Below are positions 1 to 12,538 of a DNA stretch of 64,000 nucleotides, piece after piece (the stretch's first letter is position 1; every line of letters starts with the position of its first letter). Both the position numbers and the translations under genes were made by a program. Source of the DNA: Eledone cirrhosa (Eukaryota); the NCBI GenBank assembly GCA_964016885.1, contig OZ024741.1, forward strand, positions 52,452,001-52,516,000. The letters run 5' to 3'. The notes under the pieces are model-generated. The model ran no database searches, was not told the origin of the DNA, and saw nothing but the letters and a program-made list of their open reading frames with translations.

Positions 1-740
1 TGGCTTAATTCGCCATGGGGCCCGGGGCGCGGCCGGTGTTTTAACCGCCACATAGTACCCTTAAATTACAGAACAAATCGGAACTATTATATAATAAAAT
101 GTTAAACTGTTGAACTTTAAATTTTCAAACCTCTTTAATATTGAATATTGATTATTAAAATTTTTTTAATTTCATCCTAGAAGTCTAAACACTGTAACAC
201 ACTGACTCCCAATATATTCATTCTCTGCTAAGATGCGGGTCTCTGTGAACATTTTCTCGCGCCACTCCTGGCTTGACCGTGGTCTGACATTAATATCGAC
301 CTTTCTTCCTCTTTCTTTCTATCTTCCTTCTTGTAGCCATCAACCCTTACTTTTCTACTTCTCTCTTCTCTTCCTTCTCTTCTCCCCTCTTCCTGTCTTC
401 CTCCCGCAGACTTATCTTCCTTGCCTATATCTGACCGGTAGTAGTTGCCTTTCTTCTTTTAGCTGACATTAACCCTGGCTTCTCTTCTTCTTTCTTCCCC
501 CTTCTTCTCTCTCCTTCCTTTCTTTCTTTCTTTTACCTTGTGTCATGAGATCGACGTTAACTTATGCTCCCATCCCTTTCTGTTTTCGTTTATCTGACCG
601 GTAGTAGCATGCTATAAACTTTAGCCACGTCACTCCAGGGCGACCGGCTGAGGTTGAAGGAACAGAATAGCGGTCGCCCTCGGGTCCCCGATTTTCAGCC
701 CCATGGATTTTATCTATTACATTCACGTATTATATTTCGA

Positions 741-798
741 ATACCTGATGATATCACCGGATTCATACGGAACCCGGTCATTGAAATGATCATAGTAT
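741..798 (+). ncRNA. Type I hammerhead ribozyme at the 3' end of a PLE-like non-coding element
   Basis: ATAC-CTGATGA(745-751)-stem II (ATCACCGG/CCGGTCAT, one mismatch)-GAAA-TGATCA-TA-GTAT. Palindromic stem III, AATAAA immediately downstream, element ends at (AT)n near 992. Confidence 0.75.
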
Positions 799-992
799 AA
801 TAAACCTTTCAAGGATTTACATAAATCCAGCCTCCTGTCATTTCATTATAATATTTAACTCCGTAATAGCACCACCAACTACAAAAACAAAGACGGTTGA
901 ACTGCTTTACGTTGAGTACTCTCTATATTATTGCATTACGATTAACCATACGGAATAGACCAGCTCTATACAGTGGTGAACCTCAAACCTGA

Positions 993-997
993 ATATA

Positions 998-1074
<77 letters not shown>
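993..1074. repeat. (AT)n microsatellite, left target of the PLE
   Basis: Direct reading. Confidence 0.95.
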
Positions 1075-1077
<3 letters not shown>

Positions 1078-1275
1078 AGAGTATTGAAGTTTGCTTGAAG
1101 CATTGTGGAATAAGTAAATATCCTTAAGTCGTTTGGAAGCCTCGACAATGCAAATGGGTAAATCTCCGGGTAACAAGATTCGGTGGTGGAGAGAAAGATG
1201 TAAGTGGGTGTACGTTGAGATGCGTGGTGTGTATAAGATGTGTAAGATGTGTAGAAGAATGAAGGGAAGATTATA

Positions 1276-1936
1276 AAATGAGATGGCTGGTTTAAGTTAA
1301 ACGATGCAGCAACACAACACACGCACACACACACACACACAAACGAGACAACTACATTCACACACACGCACACACACACAGTAGCATTCCACCATACGAA
1401 CACACTACACTGCCAATACAGAGGAACAAGGCAACAACCCACGCACACACACACACACTCAAGCGAGACAACAACACACACACACAGTAACATTTAACAA
1501 GCAGGCAGAGACTGGACTGGCAGCTAGCGCCACCCCACTCCCTCATTCGGCCGCTGACTTCTGCCCGACCGACCCCATTTCACGCGCACGCGCGCTCTGC
1601 CGAATACCTCAGATATTCAAAACAACAGCGGAGGACGCGTTTCGCACCTGTCCGACAGAGAACCCCCCCGGAACCCCCCCCCCCAGTTGATGGATGTGAA
1701 TCCGAAATATATAGGGACTATTAAATCTCTCCCAAGGTAACTCTCTCTTGTGTTGTTATTTTTATTTGATCCTTTATACTCTTCCCTTCATTCTTCTACA
1801 CATCTTACACATTTTATACACACCACGCATCTCAACGTACACCCACTTACATCTTTCTCTCTACCACCGGATCTTGTTACCCGGAGATTTACACATTTGC
1901 ATTGTCGAGGCTTCCAAACGACTTAAAGATATTTAC
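1276..1936 (+). repeat. 5' pLTR (direct repeat)
   Basis: Near-identical to 4555-5212, both starting AAATGAGATGGCTGGTTTAAG. Confidence 0.9.
1681..1716 (+). ncRNA. Hammerhead-like motif with variant core (CAGUUGA) in 5' pLTR
   Basis: CCC-CAGTTGA-T-GGAT GTGA ATCC-GAAA-TATA-TA-GGG. Identical in the 3' pLTR. Confidence 0.55.
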
Positions 1937-1949
1937 TTATTATTCCACA

Positions 1950-4574
1950 ATGCTTCAAGCAAACTTCAATACTCTCTTATCCTTACAGCTGAGCCAGGAA
2001 TTGTTTGCATCCGTAAGGGAACTGTTTAGACTGTCGGAGAAATGGGCCAACGCGGGCTGTCAAATTATTTTCCTGAAACGCTGCCTAAAAAACGATGTCA
2101 TCCCCAACACCATCAGGAACATCCGCTTACCAGTAAGCCTACGTACACCAGCTTTCCAAAACGCCAATAACCGCATACATCGCACGTGTATTAAGCAGAT
2201 CCTACGACATCTCAACCGCCAATTACACATCCATAAGCGGACACTCTCAGAGCGGACACATCGACTGCCAATAGCACCCGGGGACTTGCTCCTGAAAATC
2301 ACTAAAGCAATCGACCAGTGCTACCACTCCAGAGTCCAATACTAGAAAAAACGGCTCAAGCGAAAATATGAGTGGATCTTGTCGAAACGCCACAACGAGA
2401 ACATCGACACTAACGAACAGACGGACCAGAACCACGTGGGAAACAACAACTTAACAACCGCCACCGCCGCATCCACCAACACCGAGCCATACCTCAACGA
2501 TGCGACGCACCTGGTCACCGACCTAACCGGCACTCTCACGAGCGACGAGCTGAAACTCCTACACCTCGGACCCAAGTTTATCGTCTCACAACGTCTCGAC
2601 GACAGACTCAAACTCAACATCGAGGCCAACTTTTGTCGAGCCGCTTACCAACTTAAATGGGTGACCGCCATCAACAGCGCCACAGAAAATAACAGCGCCC
2701 ACGCAACCCACCCCAAGTTCCCCACTTACCACCCCGACAACCCACTCCACCCCCCACCCACCAACCACGAACTCGACACTAAACTCATCAGGCTAAAACA
2801 CTCCATCTCGGATATACTTCACAAACACACACACACACGCACAACACATAACCTCACCAAATCTCAATTCACCACTCTCTCCAACCTAAAATCGAAGAAC
2901 CTCATCTATCTCCCCTCCGACAAGGGGAAAGAATTCTGCGTCATCAGCAGAGAGGCCTACAACACCCAGGCCCTCCAACACCTTAACGATGACAACCTCT
3001 ACTCCAAGGTCACGGGAATCACTCCCGCGCAGATAGAAGAGCACATCAACGCCGCCTGGACCAACATCTGCGACCGGCGGAAGCTCCCGAAGAAGCTGAG
3101 ATACAGCCTCCTCACGAGGAACAGCAGACTACCCGCCTTCTACCACCTCGTGAAAACACACAAACAGGGACCAGACCTGAAGATCAGGCCCATCGCATCG
3201 AGCGTGGAGGGACCACTCTACAAAATTTCATGGCTCCTAGCCTTGATACTCAAACCCATCTTAGACACCTTGCCGGGACACGTTAACAGCTCCAAAGAGG
3301 TGTTGAAGCGCCTGCATCAAATGGATCCCGACACCAGAAGGAATAACAGATATGCCTTCAGCCTTGATGTAGTCGCTCTCTACACCTCGGTCCCGGCACT
3401 CCCGGCCGTCAATATACTGATGGAACGCGTCCAATCCACCGACCTACACTGCTTCGGGCTCACCACCACTGACATCCACCAACTCCTATCCATCGTCGTC
3501 GACAACACCTACTTTGGATTCCTTGACCAAACATACCAACAAACCTCGGGATTGCCCATGGGATCAAGCCTATCAGGTGTGCTAGCGATCTCTTACATGG
3601 ACAACCTCGAATGCAAGGCCCTCAACGCCTGCCACCCCAACGCCGTAGCCTTTTTCTCAAGGTACGTGGACGATATCCTCATCCTCACATCTTCCTAAGA
3701 CACGGCGAACAGAATCTATGAGACGTTCAACAACACGGACGAGAACATTGACTTCAGTGTTGAACACCCCAACGAAGACGGGTCACTTGCCCTCCTCGAC
3801 TTCCGAATCAACATCACGGAACGGAGAAGGATCCACTGCAACTTCTACCGAAAGGCAGCCTGCAGGGACCTGTTCGTTCACTACAAGTCCGCCCTCCCTA
3901 ACAGTGCCAAAAGAGGATACATCACGAACGAGATCGCGCGAATCAAAAACAGATGCAGCGATCCCGCGAGTGGTGTCACTCATACCAAGCGATTCCTCGA
4001 GGTGCTGGAGACGAACGGGTACCCTACCTCGATCACAGACAGAATAGGAGACACCAGACACAAGAGACAGAGAGGCACCCAAGGCAAGTGCTTCCTTAAA
4101 ATGCCACACCTGGGCGAGAATACCACCAACGCTATCCGCAAGGCTATACGGAGGGAGGGCCTCGACATATACCTGGCTCACTCGGGCCCCTCCCTGCGAA
4201 GATGCCTCTCCAGGAAACCTGGGAAATCTACTGACGCATGCCCCCTCAGAGACTGCCCGATACGCCATGGAAACTGTTGCCTACGCACATACGTCGTGTA
4301 TAAGATAGAATGTGACAGGTGCAACCAATACTACATAGGTAGCACAATCCGACCTTTGCATATCCGGATCAAGGAACACACTAAAACCAGGGCCTCGTCT
4401 TTCCGGAAACACATAGACAAATGCGGAAACAAAGACGGAAGGCCCATTGTCACAATTCTAGCGACTGAAAGAAACGTCGGCACGTTACGTATCAAGGAAG
4501 CGCTTTTTATCAAACTCCTGCAACCGCAAATAAACAACCGATCAGAGAGAAGTGAAATGAGATGGCTGGTTTAA
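1950..4574 (+). pseudogene. PLE polyprotein (N-terminal domain, reverse transcriptase, GIY-YIG endonuclease) with two in-frame stops
   Basis: ORFs 1902-2345, 2379-3698 and 4002-4574 share one frame, broken by TAG (2343) and TAA (3696). Motifs: FLKRC, SDKG, IRPIAS, SLDVVALYTSV, GLPMGSSLS, RYVDD, VVYKIECDRCNQYYIGST, RIKEH, EALFI...PQIN. Confidence 0.93.
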
Positions 4575-5212
4575 GTTAACAAACGATGCAGCAACACACA
4601 ACACACGCACACACACACACACAAACGAGACAACTACACACACACACGCACACACACACAGTAGCATTCCACCATACGAACATACTACACTGCCAATACA
4701 GAGGAACAAGGCAACAACACACGCACACACACACACACACTCAAGCGAGACAACAACACACACACACACAGTAACATTTAACAAGCAGGCAGAGAATGGA
4801 CTGGCAGCTAGCGCCACCCCACTCCCTCATTCGGCCGCTGACCTCTGCCCGACCGACCTCATTTCACGCGCACGCGCGCTCTGCCGAATACCTCAGATAT
4901 TCAACACAACAAACAGCGGAGGACGCGTTTCGCACCTGTCCGACAGACAACCCCCCCCCCAGTTGATGGATGTGAATCCGAAATATATAGGGACTATTAA
5001 ATCTTTCCCAAGGTAACTCTCTCTTGTGTTGTTATTTTAATTTTATCCTTTATACTCTTCCCTTCATTCTTCTACACATCTTACACATTTTATACACACC
5101 ACGCATCTCAACGTACACCCACTTATATCTTTCTCTCCACCACCGGATCTTGTTACCCGGAGATTTACACATTTGCATTGTCGAGGCTTCCAAACGACTT
5201 AAAGATATTTAC
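4555..5212 (+). repeat. 3' pLTR (direct repeat)
   Basis: Matches 1276-1936 and ends GATATTTAC directly on (AT)n. Confidence 0.9.
4957..4992 (+). ncRNA. Hammerhead-like motif with variant core (CAGUUGA) in 3' pLTR
   Basis: Same sequence as 1681-1716. Confidence 0.55.
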
Positions 5213-5327
5213 ATATATATATATATATATACATACATAGATGTATATATATATGTATATATATGTATATATATATAAATATATATATATGTCTGTATAT
5301 ACATATATATATATATATATATACATA

Positions 5328-6840
5328 AGGATATGATAGAAAAAACGACTTCGATATTGGGTTCGAGTGACCCGTCCCAAGTTATGGATCTTGTAGGAAC
5401 ATATCTCATGCACATGTTACATCTAGAATTCCCAGACCCCAAAGGATGAATATATACTGATGATGATCTTCTACTCGTTAAGAACTTCAATGGTCAGCAA
5501 TTGGAATGAAGAAGGAAAGAAGAAAGAAAGCTATTAGATCCTTCTTTCAACGCATGGGTCTTAAAGTATCTTTTGACCCAAACCTTAAACGCATCAACCT
5601 TTTAGATGTGATTCTCGACCTTAACTCCGGCATATACAAACCCTTCCATAAATCTAAGGATAACTTAAACTATGTTAATCGTTAGTCTAGCCATCCTAGG
5701 ACTATCACTAGCTCCATTGTTAAAAATGTATCCCTTAAGATATCCTGATTGTCTGCCTATGAATTCTCTTTCAACACACACGAGGACTATTACAACACTG
5801 CTCAACTTCAGGCCGGTTATGATGAACCACTAAAATTCCTTCAAGATACACCATGCGGGAGAAAATCCAACCACCCCAATAGGAAAACATCACAAGCATA
5901 CAACACAGAATTTTCAAATTAAAATACCAACGGCTCAAAACCCCACAGTGCCGAGACAAATAATAATACTGCTAATAAGAAAACACTAAGGAGATCCCGC
6001 ACAAGATCATACCTATGGTCTAACCCCCCCCCCCTCACAACAATCTGGTAACTACTAAGCTATCCTATCTCTTCTTTTAACTTAGAGACGAACACTTTTC
6101 TCCTACACACAAATCCCATAGAATACTAAATAGGGACACGATCTGACTATCCTATTCCACCGCAGTTCACCTGGGCAATTTCATCATGAAATTGAATAAC
6201 AAGCACCTCGGCAGGTACGGCAATACCAACAGCCAACATATTCCCGGACAGAATCTGAACCTTCAGCAACATCCTCAGCCTCCAACACTGAACAGACCGG
6301 CAGCCCCAAATACAAACGTCTCTTCCACTTTACGCGAATATCCGGAATAACACCCCTAACACAGAAACTAGGGAAGAAACCACACACTATACACGGATAC
6401 ACTCCAACTGCAGAAATCCCAGCAATTGTCCTCTATCGGGTAATTACTAGTATAAAAATATCATTTATCAATGTGTGGTAAAATCTAAACTGGTAATATA
6501 TAAATATTTGGGTTCCACTTCGAATATTTTCAAAAGATGGTACCTGCACACCCACACATTAAAAAATACCAGTCTAGCTAGATCTACGGCCCCGGCAAAA
6601 AGGTCTGGGATCTGAAACACACTAATATTGAATACACACTACAATGGTCCGTGCTAAAATTCACCTGTCCATACCGGAATGAAAGACACCCCTGTGAACT
6701 ATGTTTGGCGGAGGTAATTGAAATAGCAACCCGAAAGGACCTTCTAAATTCCAGGCACGATAGGATATTTAATTGCAATCACAAGGTTCTAAAACCCTCG
6801 CTAAATACAAACTGGACTAGAACAAGATTCGATCCCTAAT
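5328..6840 (+). pseudogene. Degenerate 5'-truncated PLE (RT C-terminal half + GIY-YIG), different family
   Basis: Broken frames give [73 protein letters not shown] and CELCLAE. Confidence 0.8.
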
Positions 6841-7361
6841 ACCTAGGATTTACTACATCATATTTGGTACATTTCCTGTGGCATTTGAACTTTTCACACC
6901 CAATGGATTCAGTAATATTCAAAACAATCCCATTTTCTTAATTCCTCTCCTCCTTAGCCACTCTAGCCTACTCTTAATCTCTACCTCATCTTTCTCTGCC
7001 CCTCTCTTTAGACCTTCTCTACCACCATATATGATAAACACACACATATATATACGTATATGATTTCTTAAAGCATTTAATACACCCACTCATACATATA
7101 TATATATATAATCTTACGAAATCACACTACCACAGGGGTGGAGTAACTGGCGGCCCCAAATGCTTTTCAAAAATAATTTTGAGATAGAGCGTTCGTAATT
7201 TGGTTGGTTGTTGAATGTCACTTGAATAAGCACTATAATTTTGATTGGTCGGTAGAAGTCACATGAATGTTCAATAATAAAATATATGTATATGTTAGCT
7301 ATTAAATTAACAATGAAAATAAAAACAGCAAAGTCAAGTTACTTTACCTATTCATATCATT

Positions 7362-7482
7362 GCTTTACGATCGTTTCGAAGGGTCGATCATATTGACATA
7401 TTGTCTGATCTATAGCAGTTATATAACTGTATACTGTCAGACCTTATATATCGGTTCGATCAGGCTGTATTCTTCGGAAATA
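7362..7482 (-). ncRNA. Hammerhead-like motif, core CCGAAGA, about 93-nt stem II
   Basis: Minus strand: TTT-CCGAAGA-long structured insert-GAAA-CGATCG-TA-AAG. Neighbouring sequence resembles the family at 46590 and 56645. Confidence 0.5.
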
Positions 7483-8310
7483 ATGGATTTCACTGGATTA
7501 CTCGCCATCGGATTACATTGAATTCTATCTACGCTACGGACCCTACCACCAGAGGTAGACCACACTGAAAAAAAAAAGTATGTATATATACAGAGAGAGA
7601 GGGAGAGTGACAATAAGAATTACAGCTTTTTGTAAATTTATTTCCTATTAGAATTCTTTTTGTGTCGATCAGCTCGGGTTTTATCATGCCTTTGGATCCC
7701 GCCTCTTAATCGACACTTCTTCAGATATGCAACTTTATATGGGTGGACCCATCCAGTTTGGAATACTTATTGTCACTTTATATACACTCTGCAAACTACA
7801 GCCGCCTTAAACTTGGAGCACAACCTAGCGAGAGACGAACACAGTAACAGCATCGAGTGCTTCAACCAGCGTCGCTAGTAACTCGTTACCCGCATAACAC
7901 ACACACACACACACACATATGTATGTATTTATTTATATATATATATTTGTATGTATGTATATATATATATATATATATATATTCCTATACACGTAGGAGA
8001 AATATAGGAAACAGAGAAGGTGGAAGCCACAAGGACAATTCCCGTTCATCGGCTGTCATTTTGGGGATCCTTATAGTTTCAGATGCTTTATTATACATAT
8101 GTATACAAAAGACTGTACTGCTGTATGGATGTGGATCTTAGAGGACAACAAAGAAGATGCAGTAGAAGATCCAGACATTCTTCAACACCAGTCTGAGGTG
8201 CATCTACAACATCGAATTGCAGATCCGTGAGAACAAGCGGAACAGGAACCAGTGACAAAGCAGATGTTTTCCATAAGTTTTGCTTCAAAGTAACTTTGTT
8301 ATGTAATTCT

Positions 8311-8396
8311 GTAGAAATTACCTGATGAGGTCGTCCTGTCTTCCATCATAATTGGATGATGGAGCTGGGCCATTGAAATATGTATAGTGATTTTAC
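8311..8396 (+). ncRNA. Type I hammerhead ribozyme
   Basis: GTAGAAATTAC-CTGATGA(8322)-stem II with TCCATCAT/ATGATGGA-GAAA-TATGTA-TA-GTGATTTTAC. Stem I about 10 bp. Confidence 0.75.
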
Positions 8397-8639
8397 CGAA
8401 TTAAAATTTTACAGCACATCTTCCAGTCCGGGCTTCTGTTGTCGTTTTATGAATACTTTACTCCGTTTCTGTACAAACCACTGGATACATCTACGATGGA
8501 TGACTTGCATAACGTTGAGTGCTTTGGGGTGATTTGTTGCATCATGATTTGTCTACCCCTACATCTACCTCCCCTATTCTCCATGCATCTTCCTCACCTA
8601 AGTGCCCAATCCACATCTAAAGTGGTCGTGTAGGTATCC

Positions 8640-8845
8640 CGAAAAAAAGCACCCAGTCAGCACTATAAATGTGGTTGGCGTTAGGAAGGGAATCCAGCTG
8701 TAAAGACCAAGCCAGAACCAGTTCTGTGTGAGCAAAATACGGTCCTCCGACTTGGCTTGTCTCACAACGGGACAACCAGTCTAACCCATGTTAGTGTGGA
8801 AAATGGACGTTAATCGATGACGACGACGATGATGATGATGATGAT
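8640..8845 (+). mobile_element. 3' part of a SINE with RTE-like tail ending in (GAT)n
   Basis: GGTTGGCGTTAGGAAGGGAATCCAGC...GGAAAATGGACGTTAATCGATGACGACG(ATG)n resembles a common cephalopod SINE tail (recalled, not searched). Confidence 0.55.
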
Positions 8846-9039
8846 GTCCCTCCCTCCTCTATTATAGTGTACATGGTTGAGTATTCAACAGACGCGTACA
8901 TTATTAACACAATTCTCAGGGAGATTCAGTATGAGACTGTGTGCGACAGGGCAGGCCATATGAATCACATGTGGAGTCTATATTGTAACAATTATAATGC
9001 AAAAGGCCGAGCATTCAACAGATACGTTCTCCATAAGAG

Positions 9040-9240
9040 TTCTCAGGGAGATTCAGTGTGGCACAGTGGGTAACACGCCTAGCATTTTAAATTACAGGTA
9101 TGGCTAATTGCTTTTCTCCAGCTGGACTAATGTGAAATAAAGTAACTTGCTCAAGAATAAAATGTGCTGCTTGGAATCGAACTCACGAGGTTACGATCAT
9201 GAGCCGAACAGTTTAAACATTAAGCTACTCACCTTCACCA
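9040..9240 (-). mobile_element. tRNA-derived SINE (family B), diverged
   Basis: Minus-strand B box GAGTTCGATTCC followed by TTCTTGAGCAAG. Related to 9388 and 25972. Confidence 0.55.
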
Positions 9241-9387
9241 TATAAATTAGAACTCTCAAATTTCTGGATCTTAAATTCTTCGATTATGTTACGGTTTCGT
9301 GCCAAAGATTCCTAATCATTAAAAGCTGCTCTCCATTACTAGAACAGCGCAGAAAAGAGAATTGAGATTATTTAAAGGATAAGAAGC

Positions 9388-9535
9388 TCACGAGGCCTAG
9401 TGGTAAGTGTGTTGGACTTCGGATCGTAATGTTGTAGGTTTCGATACCTCGGCCGGGTTATGTATGGTGTTCTTGAGCACAACGCTTCATTTTATGTTGA
9501 TGCTGTCAGTTTACTCAGCTGAATATATGTACCAG
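9388..9535 (+). mobile_element. tRNA-derived SINE (family B)
   Basis: A box GGCCTAGTGG, B-box-like GTTTCGATACC, then GTGTTCTTGAGCAC...CAGTTTACTCAGC, shared with 25972. Confidence 0.6.
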
Positions 9536-9578
9536 CATCAGTATAAATGTATATATATATATACACACACACATATAC

Positions 9579-9615
<37 letters not shown>

Positions 9616-9619
9616 ATTT

Positions 9620-10880
9620 CAGGTTATCAATAATGTAGTGATAATATATCGTCACGTTAGAGATGAACAGCGTACGTGTAGGTTTGCTCAACGAGTATAA
9701 ATTATATTCCGGAGAAAATGTAGAAAAGATGAATGTAAAATGAAAGTGCTTTCATAAAGGAATTTATTAGGTATTGACATATGTTTCTGTAACAGACGGA
9801 ATACCTATGTATCGCTGCTTGCGTAATCATATAATGTTAGCAAGCATTCGATAGCAAATGTATAATCAGTTGTCACTTCTTCAGAGATATTGGATAAATT
9901 GGAAAAAATCAGAAAAATTGAAGTATTTATATTAGTTGTAATAAAGGAAGAAGAGAGGGGATAGTATATGACAGATGGCAATTCAATTTACTGGTAAACA
10001 AGTATATAGAAAGTTTTTAATGAGAATACAATGAGTATATGGCTTATTTTATCTAAATAAGAATTTTTGGGAGTGCCTATTTTAATCTATATTTGACCAA
10101 TTGAACAATGGACAGGGCTGGCTGTTTGGTGTACTAGTATTAATACAGATATAAAGTGTCAAGTAAGGAAGAGGGAGATTTTCACTGCTACTGTAGAACA
10201 ACAATGCTGGTAGCCTGCTGGTATATGCATTAGGGAATTGAATTAAGAAATCTCATTTTATCTATAACAGTTTATATTAAATGGTAAATAATAGAAGAGT
10301 TGATAGAATTAAGACTAATAGAGAATGTTGTATTTTGACAATCAAACGGAGATGGAGACAGGCGTTCAATCCTGGTAGCGTTTGTAATATGAAAATGTAG
10401 ATTTCAAGCGATAGTTACAGTAGAACGATCGCTCTATTCTGTTATTTAATAAAATATTTTTGGATTTCATAATACAAAATAATTATATATTACACAATTT
10501 ACAAAATTCCTGTCCTTGGAATTATGCAGGGGCAGAAGCTATTATATCCCATTTTAGGTTAGATTGTTGGTTATTTTCGCGCAGCTGCCAAGCCTTGTCT
10601 GCGAATGTTGTTACATAATGCTGGTTTTCATGTTTTATCGAGTAACGATGTCTATAAAGGCGAGATTTGAAGGAGGTAGCTGTAGACCCCACATAGTACC
10701 ACTTCTGGCTACCCGATTCGATAGTACATTTGTATATGATGTTGCGTTCAAGACACTGATTGTTGAACGGACACATTCCTGGTCGGACACAGTTACAATT
10801 ATAATTTTGTGTTGTTGCTTTACCATGGATGGGTTGATGAGGTTGCTTAGGCAGGACGGGATGTTGTTTGTTGTTTTGTG
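9620..10880 (-). mobile_element. 3' fragment of a PLE: GIY-YIG remnant plus pLTR
   Basis: ORF 10522-10776(-): CPFNNQCLERNIIYKC...YYVGSTATSFKSRLYRH, followed by CKLC. HHR lies downstream and the element ends at (AT)n. Confidence 0.8.
9771..9890 (-). ncRNA. Hammerhead ribozyme with about 90-nt stem II
   Basis: CTGAAGA (complement of 9878-9884)...TGCTTGC/GCAAGCA hairpin...GAAA-CATATG-TC. Stem I pairs poorly. Confidence 0.6.
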
Positions 10881-11721
10881 ATATTATATGTTTATATACC
10901 TATACAGGACCCTTTAATCTAACATTAATCATATCATAAATGAATAAAAAATAAAAATTATTAAATTTTTATAATCTGTTATAACGTTTTAGGTACACAG
11001 TTGATAAGAGACGTCAAACATTAGAACCTGTTTATTTAGTGTTTTTTCCTGGCTTTTTGCGAGGCTTGGAATGTAGATAAAGCTTTATGAAGGCAGTTTG
11101 AGAATAATTCACTGTTTTTGTTAATTAAATTTTCATAATTAGTAATTATTAATAGGGTCTCCATGGTACAGAGGTTGCAGTTAGGTTATATTGAAGAATT
11201 CGAGTAAATTCTACTATTACACAACTTCGTCCAAGAAATCGAGTATTTAAAATTTTTTAGTTTACTCTTTTGTAAAGCTATGCCCAAATGTATAGTTCTG
11301 TATAGATATATATAATTCATCCCTCTTTGTCTCTCTTTCCTTGATGAATTCTCTTTTGCTCTCTATACTTCTACTAGCTATATTATCACATCATGTTTTC
11401 TCTCTGTCTTTCTTTTTTCTTTCTTTTTCTTCAATAATTTAAATTATTTGAATCTCTAACAGTTATGTAAATTGCTGTTATGAATTTTTAAGCTTTCTCA
11501 CACGCACCCTCTGTATTATATGTATTATACGTAAGTTTTTTCATGTCTCAATCTTAAGGTATATAAATATTGAGTTTTGTCATATCTTACTCACTACCAT
11601 GACTGGATCTTAACCATCTACTATTTCAGGGTATGTCCTGCATCATCTTATTTTATCTGATGGGGACGTACTGTTGAAGTTAGCCAAGTGTATTGCTGGT
11701 ACTTTCTTTTATCGATCCCGT

Positions 11722-11963
11722 AAGGGGAGGTGGAACTGGGGGCAGGGAGGGGGCGTTCCCCTCCTCAATAATTATATTTTCCTCCCCAAACTACCAAAAC
11801 ACATCTATTTGTATATGCGTTACAATTTATGCACATGTTTTGTTTATCGCATATCGGATTTTTTTTTATATGTTGGTTGATATTTCATAACAGCTAAACT
11901 AATCACTACAACTAAATTGATCAAATTTGGAGCCCCAATTCAGAAATGCTTCCACCACCCCTG
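11722..11963. mobile_element. Possible hAT-type MITE
   Basis: Imperfect TIRs AGGGGAGGTGGAA / TTCCACCACCCCT. No clear TSD. Confidence 0.4.
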
Positions 11964-12233
11964 TACCACAAGATGCATTGCACACTTATGTAATTGTAAC
12001 ACAGTGTCGCACACTATCTTATTCAATACTAACTGAAATGAATTCAAGAAACATAATACTGTTATACAGATTTAGTAGTATAGTTGCAATATTGAACAAA
12101 TTAATTAGCTTTATCAATAAAATTGATACAACTAACAACAAATCGATAATCAAATCAATACATAAAAATATAAAAAATATTCATATATACCCACAAAGTA
12201 ATTAAAGTTACCGATCGATAATAGAATCAATTA

Positions 12234-12300
<67 letters not shown>

Positions 12301-12495
12301 GAGAAGTGAGGTTCTATACAAAACAGTGGGTATAGAGAAAAGATGAAGTTGGAAATAGCACGGGAGATATGTTTAAGGGTCTGTTTTGCTTTTTTGATTC
12401 GTCAAAATGACATTATTGAAAATATAGTGTTATTAAAAAAAGTTGGACAATTCTTTTTTGAAAATTTTTTTATGAAGTATATAAAGTGTATGAAA

Positions 12496-12538
12496 AGATT
12501 ACCGGTTTCGATGTATTAAAATCCATCTTGTCAAATTC
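12496..12538 (-). ncRNA. Hammerhead ribozyme, U3-A8 core variant (UUGACAA)
   Basis: GAAT-TTGACAA-GATG...CATC-GAAA-CCGG-TA-ATCT. Confidence 0.6.

Larger units (their letters stand above)
1074..5212 (+). mobile_element. Near full-length Penelope-like element with inverted 5' pLTR fragment and two direct pLTRs
   Basis: 1074-1277 is the reverse complement of about 1775-1980. Direct repeats at 1276-1936 and 4555-5212. RT-GIY-YIG ORF between them. (AT)n on both flanks. Confidence 0.93.

Noticed and set aside
2343-3698. Programmed readthrough or selenocysteine recoding in the PLE ORF
   Set aside because: The stops are TAG and TAA, not TGA, and no SECIS was seen. Simple nonsense mutations are more likely.
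5455-5470. CTGATGA as a hammerhead core
   Set aside because: It encodes the YTDD motif of the RT remnant; no GAAA/stem context.
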